Source: a virus. Taken from it: DNA of 64,000 nucleotides. The stretch is from positions 64,785-128,784 of the IMG/VR virus record IMGVR_UViG_3300017746_000001; one strand, given 5' to 3'. The notes beneath the pieces were generated by a model. The model saw only the letters and a program-made list of their open reading frames with translations. It did no database searches and was not told the DNA's origin. This document shows, piece by piece, positions 29,218 through 39,912 of this stretch. The number at the start of each line of letters is the position of its first letter. Within the stretch, counting starts at the first letter, position 1. A program made the translations under genes and the position numbers.

Positions 29218-29751
29218 TTATTCTTTTTCCGATTTTATATCTGCTATTGTTGCCGTAAAGGCCGCTTTAGCATCTGTTTCGTTTAGTATTTCTTTTACAA
29301 ATTCATATCCCGATGGAACACCATCGTGGAGGGGGAGGCACTCTTCATAGCACTCGTAGGCTCCTTCTGCCCATTCTTCTGCGTCACCGTCGCTAGAAAT
29401 TGTAATTTCATCTCCTAAGTGGTGTTTGGCGAGCAACAAAGTTGCTGTAACCAATCCGTCGTATTCCTTTCTCGCAGTCTTGCAGAAATTCAATACCATA
29501 TCTTCGTCTTTTCTCCAACTACTTTGAATCGGTTTCCTTTTTAAGACGAATGTTTCGTGTCCACCGTCGAAACGGATTTCATTATCCGTAATTGTAGGGT
29601 CGTTCCAGTGTTCGTATTGATTGTTTTGTTTAGCTCTTTCAAGTATTGGGCTTCCTTCAAGCAGTTGCTTGGCATCCCTTGTCATATTATTCCATTTTTT
29701 ATCGGACACTTTCTTGTCCTTTTTCATATACCAATAGTGTGTATATCCCAT
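29218..29751 (-). CDS. phage-type conserved protein
   Basis: motif-led; MGYTHYW...FCKTARKEYD...SSDG. Confidence 0.75.
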   Translation of the reverse strand: MGYTHYWYMKKDKKVSDKKWNNMTRDAKQLLEGSPILERAKQNNQYEHWNDPTITDNEIRFDGGHETFVLKRKPIQSSWRKDEDMVLNFCKTARKEYDGLVTATLLLAKHHLGDEITISSDGDAEEWAEGAYECYEECLPLHDGVPSGYEFVKEILNETDAKAAFTATIADIKSEKE

Positions 29752-29870
29752 GGTCAGTAGTTTGCATGTGAGTTAGTGAATCGGATACTCATTCCAATTC
29801 CCATTCCTCATATGTCCATGTTTGTTCTTCATCTTCAATCCTGAAAACGATTCTATCGCCACTTCGCATA

Positions 29871-30497
29871 TCACACATCCTCCGTGATTCCGAGATTTCT
29901 CTTTTGATAAACTTCGGCCACTTTACTCGGCTCGACTGGATCTAATCCTTTCTTCGCCCTTTCTGCGTTTTTTGCGTTGGCTTTAGCTATTGAATTGATT
30001 GTTGGTCTTTTTTTGTCTGTCTTGTATATTACTCGAGACATCATAAAGTCCTTCTTCATCATCCTGTGGGAGTTTTCCCAGTTTCTTTGCATGGATTTCC
30101 TCAATTCTGCTTTTCTCAACTCTAATGGTATCTTATTCCATTGCCTCTTGAAGCAGACATCACATACTTCCTCTAGTGTGAGGCCATGTTCTCCTGCATC
30201 TTCGAATGCTGAAAGCATAATTCCATATTTCTCGTTGAGTTTCGCTTTTTCTATGAGTGTTGCATATCCATTTGCTAGTCTGTCTGCTCTATCAGATGCA
30301 GCCTTTTCTATCGCCATCATGTTGTCAGGTTCGTTGCTGTATCTTTCTAAGACTTCTTGCCATCTTGTCCAAAGGGCTCTCTCTTGCCTTAGACTTACAA
30401 CACTTAGAATATCGAATTCTTTAGCATCTATGTCTATTTGGAGCGAGAAGCCCCCTTCTTCATTTTCGACTAATTTCATTGTGTTTGGTACTACCAT
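29871..30497 (-). CDS. hypothetical protein
   Basis: motif-led ORF. Confidence 0.7.
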   Translation of the reverse strand: MVVPNTMKLVENEEGGFSLQIDIDAKEFDILSVVSLRQERALWTRWQEVLERYSNEPDNMMAIEKAASDRADRLANGYATLIEKAKLNEKYGIMLSAFEDAGEHGLTLEEVCDVCFKRQWNKIPLELRKAELRKSMQRNWENSHRMMKKDFMMSRVIYKTDKKRPTINSIAKANAKNAERAKKGLDPVEPSKVAEVYQKRNLGITEDV

Positions 30498-30597
30498 GGT
30501 CAGTTTTGTCTTCGAGGCACTTGCCTCTTAGGTGTTCCCGTAGGAAAGTAATCGGTCCTATCCTTTTCATACAGTAAGGACAATAGTCACGCATTAT
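30460..30597 (-). CDS. small C2H-type Zn-finger protein
   Basis: CPYC...HL...C within ORF 30460..30693; start approximate. Confidence 0.4.
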   Translation of the reverse strand: MMRDYCPYCMKRIGPITFLREHLRGKCLEDKTDHGSTKHNEISRK

Positions 30598-30836
30598 TTT
30601 TCCTCTCCCACTATATCGAATCTGCCGTCTTTCAATCTTTTGAATTTGGCGTTTGCATTGAGCCATGAAAATGCTTGTTGCGGGTTGCAACATGCCATCC
30701 CATGATTTTTTAGCAATTTACCAGAATCTAACATTCCATTGTATGCTATATTAGTAGGAGTTGATGGTCCGTGTTCTCTTATGTGATTCAATGCTGCTTG
30801 TTCTAGCATTCTTTTCTTCAACACGAATCTTGCCAT
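30594..30836 (-). CDS. small wHTH-like protein
   Basis: 80-aa ORF, basic. Confidence 0.55.
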   Translation of the reverse strand: MARFVLKKRMLEQAALNHIREHGPSTPTNIAYNGMLDSGKLLKNHGMACCNPQQAFSWLNANAKFKRLKDGRFDIVGEEK

Positions 30837-31018
30837 CCAAATATCATCCTCATCTTACTCAATAGTCTGCTACCCTGCTTGTCAGGGCTACCATGTAAGG
30901 CTTCTGCAAGGGTGCGGTTCACCCAAACATTGCCATGATCGCAGACTGGTCCAAATCCTTTCTTCTTAGATACGGCACTATGTAGTGCCTTTCCACATTT
31001 TCTGCATTTATCTTCCAT
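30818..31018 (-). CDS. DUF6011-like Zn-finger protein
   Basis: motif-led; CRKCGKAL...S...GFGPVC. Confidence 0.7.
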   Translation of the reverse strand: MEDKCRKCGKALHSAVSKKKGFGPVCDHGNVWVNRTLAEALHGSPDKQGSRLLSKMRMIFGWQDSC

Positions 31019-31123
31019 GGTCAGTATTGCTATACGGCAAGACCCTCTCCGAGAGTCGTGCCAACCGAGGATAGTGGCGGGATTTATACCCGCTTCAAAC
31101 TCTCTAGCGTTAATCTTTCTTCA

Positions 31124-32311
31124 TCAATGCCAAGTATCAACGATTCTGGGCAATGATATATCGTGTTTTTCTAATTTACTAAATAATACTCTGGTAAATG
31201 ATTCGATGGCTTGTAACCCATTTTGGTCGTACCTTACGAAGTTGTTCCAGAACATATTTTCTAAGTATATTTCATCCATTATCCGATTTACTCTATGCAT
31301 CCCCCAACGAATTTCTTCGCCAGCAAGACCATTAAACTCGGCAATGGTGCAAAGTTCTTCTACTTTCAATGCCGCATCTTCGGCTAATTGTTCTCTTTCA
31401 ATTCCTGACATGATATAATAATCCACGGAATCGACTTCTTGCCTAGGGATGCTAGCTAATTTTTTATTCAACCATTCCATAAAAGGCTTGAGAGGATTTA
31501 TTATTTGTATATCCCCTAAATTAAATAGCCATTCACGGTCACTTTTCATATTCGTGTGAAGCGTTATATGACTGGAAAGCGTTTTGCTTTCAAATATATA
31601 GCTCTCAGTCACTTCAAAATATTCATATCCGAAACTTTGGTTCAATAATTTTTGCCACTTCATTCCAAATCCTTGCCTGAATAACAATATTGTCATGGCA
31701 TGATATACTGGAAGGCTATTAACATCATTCATTGAATCGCGGAATCCCGAGTTGCTATCTTGCATTAGGGCCTCAGAAAAATAATCATCAATCCAATCCT
31801 CATCGGGAGGATCTCCTAATGCCACTAAACAGGGCAGTTCATCATTCAGACCTGTCCCTATTGTATTATGAAGTATTTGCACTTCTACTTTGTGATTTAC
31901 CCAAACCTCTTCCATCAATACTCTCTTGTTGTTGGGTTGTGTGCTATACCCTAAGTCGTGTAGCAGATTAGAAATTGCTACAGGAGGAATTGCTTTTATG
32001 TCGGTTGTCCAATCATTGTATCCATCCATCACTAAACTGTGTATGAATGGAGGGGTGTTGGTAGTCCAATGTATTTCCTTGAACCTCCCCTTGTAGTAGT
32101 CGTCAGTTACATATAATGTAACCATATCATACTCACAGTCATTTAGCAACCACTCAATTTCCCCATCTACAAAACTGTAATCGGAATTGTTGGTTTCTTT
32201 TACAAAAATATTTTTTGCTATGTTTTTTTTGCATTCAGGACCGATGCCTGATTGCTGCCCTTCTAAAGTTTTCAGGGACTTTCCACATTTTATACAATTT
32301 TTGTGTTTCAT
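31124..32311 (-). CDS. hypothetical protein with N-terminal DUF6011-like finger
   Basis: motif-led; CIKCGKSL...GIGPEC. Confidence 0.75.
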   Translation of the reverse strand: MKHKNCIKCGKSLKTLEGQQSGIGPECKKNIAKNIFVKETNNSDYSFVDGEIEWLLNDCEYDMVTLYVTDDYYKGRFKEIHWTTNTPPFIHSLVMDGYNDWTTDIKAIPPVAISNLLHDLGYSTQPNNKRVLMEEVWVNHKVEVQILHNTIGTGLNDELPCLVALGDPPDEDWIDDYFSEALMQDSNSGFRDSMNDVNSLPVYHAMTILLFRQGFGMKWQKLLNQSFGYEYFEVTESYIFESKTLSSHITLHTNMKSDREWLFNLGDIQIINPLKPFMEWLNKKLASIPRQEVDSVDYYIMSGIEREQLAEDAALKVEELCTIAEFNGLAGEEIRWGMHRVNRIMDEIYLENMFWNNFVRYDQNGLQAIESFTRVLFSKLEKHDISLPRIVDTWH

Positions 32312-32321
32312 GGTCAGTTGT

Positions 32322-33431
32322 TCAGCGAAGTTCGCTGAACATTGAGGCTAGCTTCTGCGTAGTCTCTTTGTCAATTTTTTGTGTCGCATAGAATAGAAAC
32401 AGCATTGAGTCCAGGAAATCTTGTTTGGTTTTTATGACTCCTTTGTTTTTCAATGCTAGGATCTTATCTCCAATGCTTTCTATAGTTCTATCTTCGCTTG
32501 CTTCAACTGCTGCAAACATCCAATTCCAGTCAATAACCCCTTCTGTTCGATTTGGTAAAGCCGTATCGATGCAGGGTGGGCTCTTGTGTATGACTGATTC
32601 TTCTAGATTGTTTTCTAAATTGTTGATTTCAATTGCTTCCTCTTCGGATTTTTCATTGTGCGTGTGCATACAATTTTCGTCATGCACATGCTTCTCCACT
32701 ACGATTTCTTCCTCTTCGGGTTCTTCCTCTTCGGGTTCTTCCTCTTCGGGTTCTTCCTCTTCGGGTTCTTCCTCTTCGGGTTCTTCCTCTTCGGGTTCTT
32801 CCTCTTCGGGAAAAGGTGAGTTCTGATGTATGAAATCATGTTCCCCGATTATTTGATGTGTAATGTATTCTTGCAAGTGACTAACCACTTCTGTCGAATC
32901 TTCTGCATCATCATCATTTAGGAAATCTCCCATGACATCGTGTGGATTCAATCCTTCATCCATCCTATCATGGAAAGCATGAAGGAGGTCAATTTGTTTC
33001 AAAAGACCTTCGCCATCGAAATTTTTCCAAAAAGTATCGGGTACGCCGTAGTCTTCTAGACTGGCTCCATCATGTGCAAGTACCCATTGGTATTTACTTA
33101 GAGTGTTCTCGATTACGGTAATAAAGCACCGTAGAGCATGTAAATACTCTGTTTGTATTAATTCTTTACTTGTTTCAACCGTTTCTCTTGTCAATCCACC
33201 ATTATGTTCCATTATTCTTCCTATACCGGAACCTACATCCATTACGAATTGGTTTGCCACCGCTTCGCCTTGACAATTAGTTGCTTTACCTTCGTCGTCA
33301 AAAACATATAACAGGTCTATTTGATATAGTTTCGCTAAAGCGATTAGTGTTAAATTGTGAGGTTTGATAAAAATTCTTAATTCTTGTATCAACCTATCTT
33401 CTTCTTTTTCAATTGTTGCGTTTATAGCCAT
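32322..33431 (-). CDS. acidic hypothetical protein with EEEEP repeats
   Basis: motif-led start 33431. Confidence 0.75.
   Translation of the reverse strand: MAINATIEKEEDRLIQELRIFIKPHNLTLIALAKLYQIDLLYVFDDEGKATNCQGEAVANQFVMDVGSGIGRIMEHNGGLTRETVETSKELIQTEYLHALRCFITVIENTLSKYQWVLAHDGASLEDYGVPDTFWKNFDGEGLLKQIDLLHAFHDRMDEGLNPHDVMGDFLNDDDAEDSTEVVSHLQEYITHQIIGEHDFIHQNSPFPEEEEPEEEEPEEEEPEEEEPEEEEPEEEEPEEEEIVVEKHVHDENCMHTHNEKSEEEAIEINNLENNLEESVIHKSPPCIDTALPNRTEGVIDWNWMFAAVEASEDRTIESIGDKILALKNKGVIKTKQDFLDSMLFLFYATQKIDKETTQKLASMFSELR
32707..32810. repeat. 15-bp perfect tandem repeat (about 7 units) in CDS
   Basis: TTCTTCCTCTTCGGG units encoding PEEEE. Confidence 0.9.
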
Positions 33432-33439
33432 GGTCAGTT

Positions 33440-34513
33440 TTAGAGAATATACATCCTCTCTCTCCATCTGTCATCTTTATCTGCGATATTTAGCGCCTGG
33501 ACAAGTGTTCTGAGATCTAATTGTGTTCGAGCAAGGTTTTCAACCCCTGCTTCTTTGTTGATTCTCTCATTTTCTTGATGAAACGAGATTAGGTAATTCA
33601 ATACCTCCTCTTTTAGTCCCAAGTCCATTTCCGGCCTTATCTCTCTTAGTTTCAATTTCATATGTTCTAGCTTTTCGTCTTCTGTTAGGAACAGAGGCAC
33701 ATTCATTGCCCTGCTCAATAAAGCGTCGTCAAAGTCCGATTCATGGAGGTTGGTGATAATTATTACCTTGCCCCTGAATGAGAATTGCGAAGGCATTGCC
33801 TTGCTCTCACCCTTTTCGAACTCCTTTGCTAGTTTCTCTGCTTCTTTTGGGTCGGACACTTGAATATTGGCTTTGGTATTCCAAACCACATTTCTGATTT
33901 CATAAGTGTCAGTCATTGATTTCAAAATTTCCATCATTTGACCCTTTTGTTCTTTTAGATTGACATCATCCATTACGATTATTCCACCATGCCTGTATCT
34001 CAAGGCGGTTTCATATAGTGCGGTTGGGGTGCATTTACTTGTTAGCCAAGTGTAATCCTTGCCTTGTTCCAAGCCCCTTGCTTTGAGGATTTTCTCCACC
34101 GTCCAAGATTTACCAACACCTGCTGTGCCATAAATCAAAACGCAGTAAATTATCCCCATCACTAGGTCGTCCACAGTTCTCTTGAATGTCTCGAATCGCG
34201 CCTCGACGCTTTTCTCAAGTGACATCACCGTTCTAATACCGAACGGCTTGTTACCGTGGATTAGCTTTGCCTTCTTTGTAGCAATAATTCGACTTTGAGC
34301 ATCTATCCCCTTAATAACAGGCTTTTTCCCTGGTTTCTTTGGGGGTTTTTCAACTTCTATCTCTTGCTTTACAGACTTAATCTGTTTCTTTCTATCTGTT
34401 TTCTTAGTGGTTTGAGCATTGGTTTTTACACCATTTCTTGACTCTCCCCTTTCCCACATTTCCTCGTAAGGAATGTCTTTTCTTGTATTTCTGAATATTT
34501 CAAAAAAACCCAT
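33440..34513 (-). CDS. AAA+ ATPase
   Basis: Walker A GTAGVGKS, Walker B IIVMDD, IIITN sensor, ALLSR arginine finger. Confidence 0.85.
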   Translation of the reverse strand: MGFFEIFRNTRKDIPYEEMWERGESRNGVKTNAQTTKKTDRKKQIKSVKQEIEVEKPPKKPGKKPVIKGIDAQSRIIATKKAKLIHGNKPFGIRTVMSLEKSVEARFETFKRTVDDLVMGIIYCVLIYGTAGVGKSWTVEKILKARGLEQGKDYTWLTSKCTPTALYETALRYRHGGIIVMDDVNLKEQKGQMMEILKSMTDTYEIRNVVWNTKANIQVSDPKEAEKLAKEFEKGESKAMPSQFSFRGKVIIITNLHESDFDDALLSRAMNVPLFLTEDEKLEHMKLKLREIRPEMDLGLKEEVLNYLISFHQENERINKEAGVENLARTQLDLRTLVQALNIADKDDRWRERMYIL

Positions 34514-34521
34514 GGTCAGTT

Positions 34522-34920
34522 TCAGAGAAACACATCTCTGTTTGTTGTTCCGTCTTTATCTTGTGTTACAAATACAGTAACAGGCTCACTAAATAGTGCT
34601 TTTCCAGTTGCGACAATTCCAATATCTTCTGGGAGATCACAGTCTCCTCCTTCTTCATCACACCCCATTAACACATGGTCTCCGTGTAACGACAATACTC
34701 GCTCGATTCTGCAACCCGCCACTTCTGCGACGAATTCTCTTGCTACTTGATTCATCGGTAATCCTTCATATCGGCCCATACTGTTTCCCCAGAGGGTCCA
34801 ATTTTCGTCTGATGTGCAAACCTCAATATCGCCACCTACTCCTTCTTGTAAATCTTCTAATCCATTTGATTCGAAAGGTTCAACCTTTCCATTTGTTCTT
34901 AAAATAAGTCCTTTTGCCAT
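34522..34920 (-). CDS. DUF3846-like protein
   Basis: motif-led; LEDLQEGVGGDIE...LPMN..A. Confidence 0.7.
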   Translation of the reverse strand: MAKGLILRTNGKVEPFESNGLEDLQEGVGGDIEVCTSDENWTLWGNSMGRYEGLPMNQVAREFVAEVAGCRIERVLSLHGDHVLMGCDEEGGDCDLPEDIGIVATGKALFSEPVTVFVTQDKDGTTNRDVFL

Positions 34921-34942
34921 GGTCAGTTAATTCTAGAATATG

Positions 34943-35530
<588 letters not shown>

Positions 35531-35537
35531 GGTCAGT

Positions 35538-35942
35538 TCACAGTTTCTTCATATTTGCATTTATTATTTCTTCAATTGCCAATCTGTTTCCGTAAGCGCG
35601 AACTCTAAAGTAATCTTCGCGCCCCTCTGATTTTTCAGGAACATCAGGGAAAAAATAGTGCATATTATGATGAGGGAATATCAGGTGCATTCCTGCATTA
35701 TCATCGACATCGTAAACTTCCCTTTCTGGATATTTTGTGCATGGCCTACCGTTTGCAGCCTTCATATCTTCGAACATTTGTTGCACCTTTCCCTGTAATG
35801 TTATAGGGTCTCTCACCATTATTACAGTCATATTTTGGGGGTCTCCCATGTGTGTTGCGTAGGCATCGAGTACCTGTTTCCATGCTTTCATTATTGCTTT
35901 ATCATAGTCATTCAATTCTTCATCTTTTGAACTATCTGTCAT
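35538..35942 (-). CDS. hypothetical protein
   Basis: motif-led start 35942. Confidence 0.7.
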   Translation of the reverse strand: MTDSSKDEELNDYDKAIMKAWKQVLDAYATHMGDPQNMTVIMVRDPITLQGKVQQMFEDMKAANGRPCTKYPEREVYDVDDNAGMHLIFPHHNMHYFFPDVPEKSEGREDYFRVRAYGNRLAIEEIINANMKKL

Positions 35943-35950
35943 GGTCAGTA

Positions 35951-37003
35951 TCACCCTACTATCAGAGGCCGTATTGCTTCGGCTACTGCTTTAGCTACTG
36001 GAACGCTAACTGCGTTACCAATTCCCCTGTAAGAGTGTTTTGCGTTTTCGAACTTGAAATCATCGGGGAATCCTTGCATATTAGCATATTCCCTAACTGA
36101 ATAGGGTGTAAGTGTTCCGTCCTCTCGCATCACCATAGTAGTGCTTTGGTCGGATGCGTAGTGTGCTAAGCAGGTATTTCCGATTACTTCTCTTCCGATT
36201 TCTTTAACAGATGGCTTGTCCCTATACACCCCATCGATTCTGTTCTGGATGTAATTAGGTAGTTCTTCGCCATTGAGAGGAGCAACATCTGGATTTTCTT
36301 CCAAGATTTTGCCTACAGTATGAGTCATAGTAAGTGGCCTTTTCCTCAAGGTAGGCTTCGCTGCCTCCTTGTTTATGCCAACTAAGAACATTCTTTCTCT
36401 CCTCTGCGCTATTCCAAAATCGGTTGTGTTCAATTTTCCGTAAGTAAAGGTGTAGTATCGTCCTAATCTTCCACCCCTTACGGGGCATGGCGTATTCTTT
36501 AGAGTCTCCATAATTATAGAGCATCCAAGTAAGTCAGTTACATTCTCGACGACAAATGCCTTCGGTTGCGTATCTGCTACGAATCGCCTGTAATGTAGGA
36601 ATAAATCCCCACCTTTCTGCGCGTATTGATTGTAGTTTCTTTTAGGTTTACTGTCTGAGTGTCTAGTTCCATGCAAAGCAGCTAATTTGCTGTAAGTTAT
36701 GCAGGGGAAACCTCCGACTATCACATCAGGAAGTCCAAGTTTAGCCACTAATTCATCTGTTGAAAGCATGTGAATTGAATCCGTGGACAATTTTGTTCCA
36801 GGGAAGTTCATTGCGTGTGTCTTGGCTTGGTTTGGATCTACTTCGTTTGCAAACTTGATGTCATAACCTGCTTGCTCGAATCCTTTGTCCATTCCTCCAA
36901 TTCCAGCGAATAGAGACCATGTGTTCAGTCCTTCTGTTTTTTCGTACTCATTTAGCGGAGTATCGTTTTCAACTCCATATTCTTCTAGTCCTAATTGTAC
37001 CAT
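35951..37003 (-). CDS. dcm: DNA (cytosine-5)-methyltransferase
   Basis: SLFAGIGG, GGFPC, ENV, QRRER, GNAV. Confidence 0.92.
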   Translation of the reverse strand: MVQLGLEEYGVENDTPLNEYEKTEGLNTWSLFAGIGGMDKGFEQAGYDIKFANEVDPNQAKTHAMNFPGTKLSTDSIHMLSTDELVAKLGLPDVIVGGFPCITYSKLAALHGTRHSDSKPKRNYNQYAQKGGDLFLHYRRFVADTQPKAFVVENVTDLLGCSIIMETLKNTPCPVRGGRLGRYYTFTYGKLNTTDFGIAQRRERMFLVGINKEAAKPTLRKRPLTMTHTVGKILEENPDVAPLNGEELPNYIQNRIDGVYRDKPSVKEIGREVIGNTCLAHYASDQSTTMVMREDGTLTPYSVREYANMQGFPDDFKFENAKHSYRGIGNAVSVPVAKAVAEAIRPLIVG

Positions 37004-37015
37004 GGTCAGTAGGAG

Positions 37016-37852
37016 CTAGCCGCCCCTGATATTCCCTAAATCGCAACGAATCCATGTTTCTTCATCGATTCCTATAGATAGGGCTTTTTCTTTGCTCTTT
37101 TCTTTGTCTATGCATTCCCAATCCCAATCCTTGTTCAGATCTTCGATGGATGGTATGAAGCTCCTAATAAGTTGGATCGCTTTTGTTCTTGATATTTCAC
37201 CATCCATCTCATCAAGGACTTTTTGCATCTCTTCCCATAAATGAAGAGTTGAACTTCCATCATCATCGGGTGGTCTGTAATGCGCCCTAGTTTTATTTGT
37301 TGCTTCAACGAATACTTGTGCCTGTTTGTGTTCAAAATATATTTCTTTAAATTTATTCAGGTATTTCCATTCCGTGTAGGTATGGCCTTGGTCATCGACC
37401 AAGTAATCGTTCATTCCGCCTCCAATCTCGTCATTGCCATCAATGTAGTTACCCCAGTAATCCATCCCACATTCCATGTAGGCTGCATCAACTGAATATC
37501 CTTGTTGATTGAGTGCTTCGAATATTTGGTAAGGAGGAGCCCATGCTGTGTCGAAATCGAACTCTATCTCATTCTTTTCTTTACTGGTATATCCACAATA
37601 GTCGATTTTTGGTTCCCATTTGGTTCCCCAATTAGCGACATTCCAGTTGTACCAGAATTCAGGGTCTTCGCGGTAATCATCTTGATTGCCTTCATCCTTG
37701 TATGCTGCCGAATTTGGCGGCGGTACTAGGTGAGCAAATAGCCCGTATCCATCATTGTCTTCTTCGTTTTTCTTTATTATTTGCACGATTTCTTCCAGTT
37801 TTTCTGGATTATCATGCCTTAATCTTATATTATTATTGCACCAGTTTGGCAT
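37016..37852 (-). CDS. DUF1281/YubB-like protein
   Basis: MPNWCNN, WY.WN..NWGTKW, FDTAWAPP. Confidence 0.75.
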   Translation of the reverse strand: MPNWCNNNIRLRHDNPEKLEEIVQIIKKNEEDNDGYGLFAHLVPPPNSAAYKDEGNQDDYREDPEFWYNWNVANWGTKWEPKIDYCGYTSKEKNEIEFDFDTAWAPPYQIFEALNQQGYSVDAAYMECGMDYWGNYIDGNDEIGGGMNDYLVDDQGHTYTEWKYLNKFKEIYFEHKQAQVFVEATNKTRAHYRPPDDDGSSTLHLWEEMQKVLDEMDGEISRTKAIQLIRSFIPSIEDLNKDWDWECIDKEKSKEKALSIGIDEETWIRCDLGNIRGG

Positions 37853-37860
37853 GGTCAGTA

Positions 37861-38406
37861 TTATAGTCCATCTATCTCGATTTTTGCTAGGTCAAAGCCT
37901 AGATCGATAGCCTCTTGGACTGTTACGGTTCTTTCTTCTCCAGTAATTGAACTTGGTTCAACTGGATTTCCTGGGTGGAATGTGAAAACTACTTTTTCTC
38001 CTTGATGTTCTCCGATGATAATTACGGTGAAATTAGTTGCTTCGGCATCTGCTACTATGTGTGCGTTCATTCCAATAACTGCACTTAGAAAACCTGTGTT
38101 TTTTGCATCTATAAGTTTCACTTCGTAATCTTCTGGATCACTTAGAAGGCCTAGTTCTATCATTCCTGTTTGTCCTGCTAATTCCTTATTATTGGATATA
38201 TAGGCTTCGCACCCGTTCATTATTTCTGGATGCTTAAATAGCGTCCATTCACTTTCTAGTAGGGCTGCTTCAAGAGTCTCTACTTCGTCGTATTGACGGT
38301 AATAACTCCCTGGACCATTTAATCTCATTGAGACTGTTGTATTCCAATGTTGCGGTATTTTTTCCTTTGTTTTATTAATAGCTTTAATTACTTCATTATT
38401 GCTCAT
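37861..38406 (-). CDS. hypothetical protein
   Basis: motif-led; VVFTFHPG. Confidence 0.75.
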   Translation of the reverse strand: MSNNEVIKAINKTKEKIPQHWNTTVSMRLNGPGSYYRQYDEVETLEAALLESEWTLFKHPEIMNGCEAYISNNKELAGQTGMIELGLLSDPEDYEVKLIDAKNTGFLSAVIGMNAHIVADAEATNFTVIIIGEHQGEKVVFTFHPGNPVEPSSITGEERTVTVQEAIDLGFDLAKIEIDGL

Positions 38407-38416
38407 GGTCAGTTAC

Positions 38417-38758
38417 TCATTCTCCCTTTGGGGAGAACCAGTATTCTGTAGCAGAGCCTTCAAAGTCGATTATCACTCTGAAACTCTTCCATCTCTTAGA
38501 AATCTCATTTTCAATTTCTTCTTCTTCTTCGAGTATTAGATTTTTGATCCAATCCTTGTAGTAACCCTTGTCTAAATCTGCTGTTCCAACTTTCCATATA
38601 CTGTTGGATATGTGATTTTCTAACCACTTGATGTAATCAAGGAGTTCTTCTTTTGAAGGTTCCAAAATGATTACCTCCTTTTCTCTACCTTGGTTACTGG
38701 GGTATTTTAGAGAAAACTTAGCAACACCTGGGAAATTCCTTGAGTAAATGTTTGTCAT
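38417..38758 (-). CDS. hypothetical protein
   Basis: likely ATG 38758 after GAGGAGG SD. Confidence 0.65.
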   Translation of the reverse strand: MTNIYSRNFPGVAKFSLKYPSNQGREKEVIILEPSKEELLDYIKWLENHISNSIWKVGTADLDKGYYKDWIKNLILEEEEEIENEISKRWKSFRVIIDFEGSATEYWFSPKGE

Positions 38759-38760
38759 TT

Positions 38761-38961
38761 TTATTCCTCCTCGTAGCGTTGTGAATAATCGTTGATTCTC
38801 CAAGAACCAATCGTGTTTCCGTTGATGTCTTGGATTATTCCGCCATCGCTTCCGTTGGCGATGCGTTCCACTATTTCTGCAAAGATTCTTTTTGTCTCTG
38901 GTAGCGGTGTTTCGTTGAACGCCGCATTATCTATGTTATATTCGATTTTTATGTTTGCCAT
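38761..38961 (-). CDS. phage-type small protein
   Basis: motif-led; DNAAF...DINGNTIG. Confidence 0.75.
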   Translation of the reverse strand: MANIKIEYNIDNAAFNETPLPETKRIFAEIVERIANGSDGGIIQDINGNTIGSWRINDYSQRYEEE

Positions 38962-38968
38962 GGTCAGT

Positions 38969-39283
38969 TTATTCTTGTTTGTGCCAATCATCGAAGTCGT
39001 AGTCGGACCATAAGGGGAAACCTGAGTTGTTATATCCTTCTTTTTCAATGAGTCCATGCTCGACGACAGATTCCTTATTTACACACAAGTAAATATACAC
39101 TTTTCCGACATTGGTAAGGCCCCAACCTGGAGCATCATCCCCGTCATTGAGCCACCTTCGCACGAAAAGTGCTGCTAGTGTCCATGTTTGTGTTTTTTCT
39201 CCTGCTTCTACCGTTAGAGCAGGTTCTTCTTTGCCAGCGTAATTCGCTTGCAGAAATTCTAGGATTTCTTCTTTTGTTGCCAT
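38969..39283 (-). CDS. hypothetical protein
   Basis: variant motif TGAGACCATG; MATKEE N-terminus. Confidence 0.7.
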   Translation of the reverse strand: MATKEEILEFLQANYAGKEEPALTVEAGEKTQTWTLAALFVRRWLNDGDDAPGWGLTNVGKVYIYLCVNKESVVEHGLIEKEGYNNSGFPLWSDYDFDDWHKQE

Positions 39284-39287
39284 GGTC

Positions 39288-39614
39288 TCAAGCCTCCATT
39301 CTGGGATGTAAGTTTGCATAACCTTCTGCAATCCAATTATTTATGGTTTTTATTGCAAAGGCGTTTTTCTCTCTGTTTGTCTTAAATCTTGAGATCTTCT
39401 CAATAGCCTCATTAACTTTCATATCGAGTTCTATTGATACTTTCTTCTGATTCTTCCCTAGTGCTTGTCTAGTCTCTTCCCAAAGATGGTATGCCGCCAT
39501 AATAGCGGCTTCTGAATTATCTCGGTTAGAAGAGTGTAGTTTTTCGAGCAGATTTGCGAATCTGTCTCTTAGTATTTGCAGTTTTACTGCGTTTCTCTTA
39601 GTATTTCTTGCCAT
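39288..39614 (-). CDS. hypothetical protein
   Basis: motif-led start 39614. Confidence 0.7.
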   Translation of the reverse strand: MARNTKRNAVKLQILRDRFANLLEKLHSSNRDNSEAAIMAAYHLWEETRQALGKNQKKVSIELDMKVNEAIEKISRFKTNREKNAFAIKTINNWIAEGYANLHPRMEA

Positions 39615-39621
39615 GGTCAGT

Positions 39622-39897
39622 TCAATTCCATTCTTCCCAAAGTTCGTCAGATTGCTTGGGTTCTGGTATTTCTTTTGTATCGTTTTCTTCATCGACTGAA
39701 TATGAGTCATATTCGGGCGAATCTGCATCTTCGTCGTGGGCGTGTTCACAAAAGAACTCTCCACTTTGCAGTTCGTCTTGATGAAATGCTAACAAATGTA
39801 ATATTCCACCTATGTTGTCCAAAATTGTGATCATTTTGTTGATTCCTAATATAATCGCTAATAAAAGCGCTATTATCAAATATATCTCTATTCCCAT
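39622..39897 (-). CDS. small membrane protein
   Basis: motif-led; N-terminal hydrophobic helix. Confidence 0.7.
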   Translation of the reverse strand: MGIEIYLIIALLLAIILGINKMITILDNIGGILHLLAFHQDELQSGEFFCEHAHDEDADSPEYDSYSVDEENDTKEIPEPKQSDELWEEWN

Positions 39898-39912
39898 GGT
39901 CAGTCAACTAGG

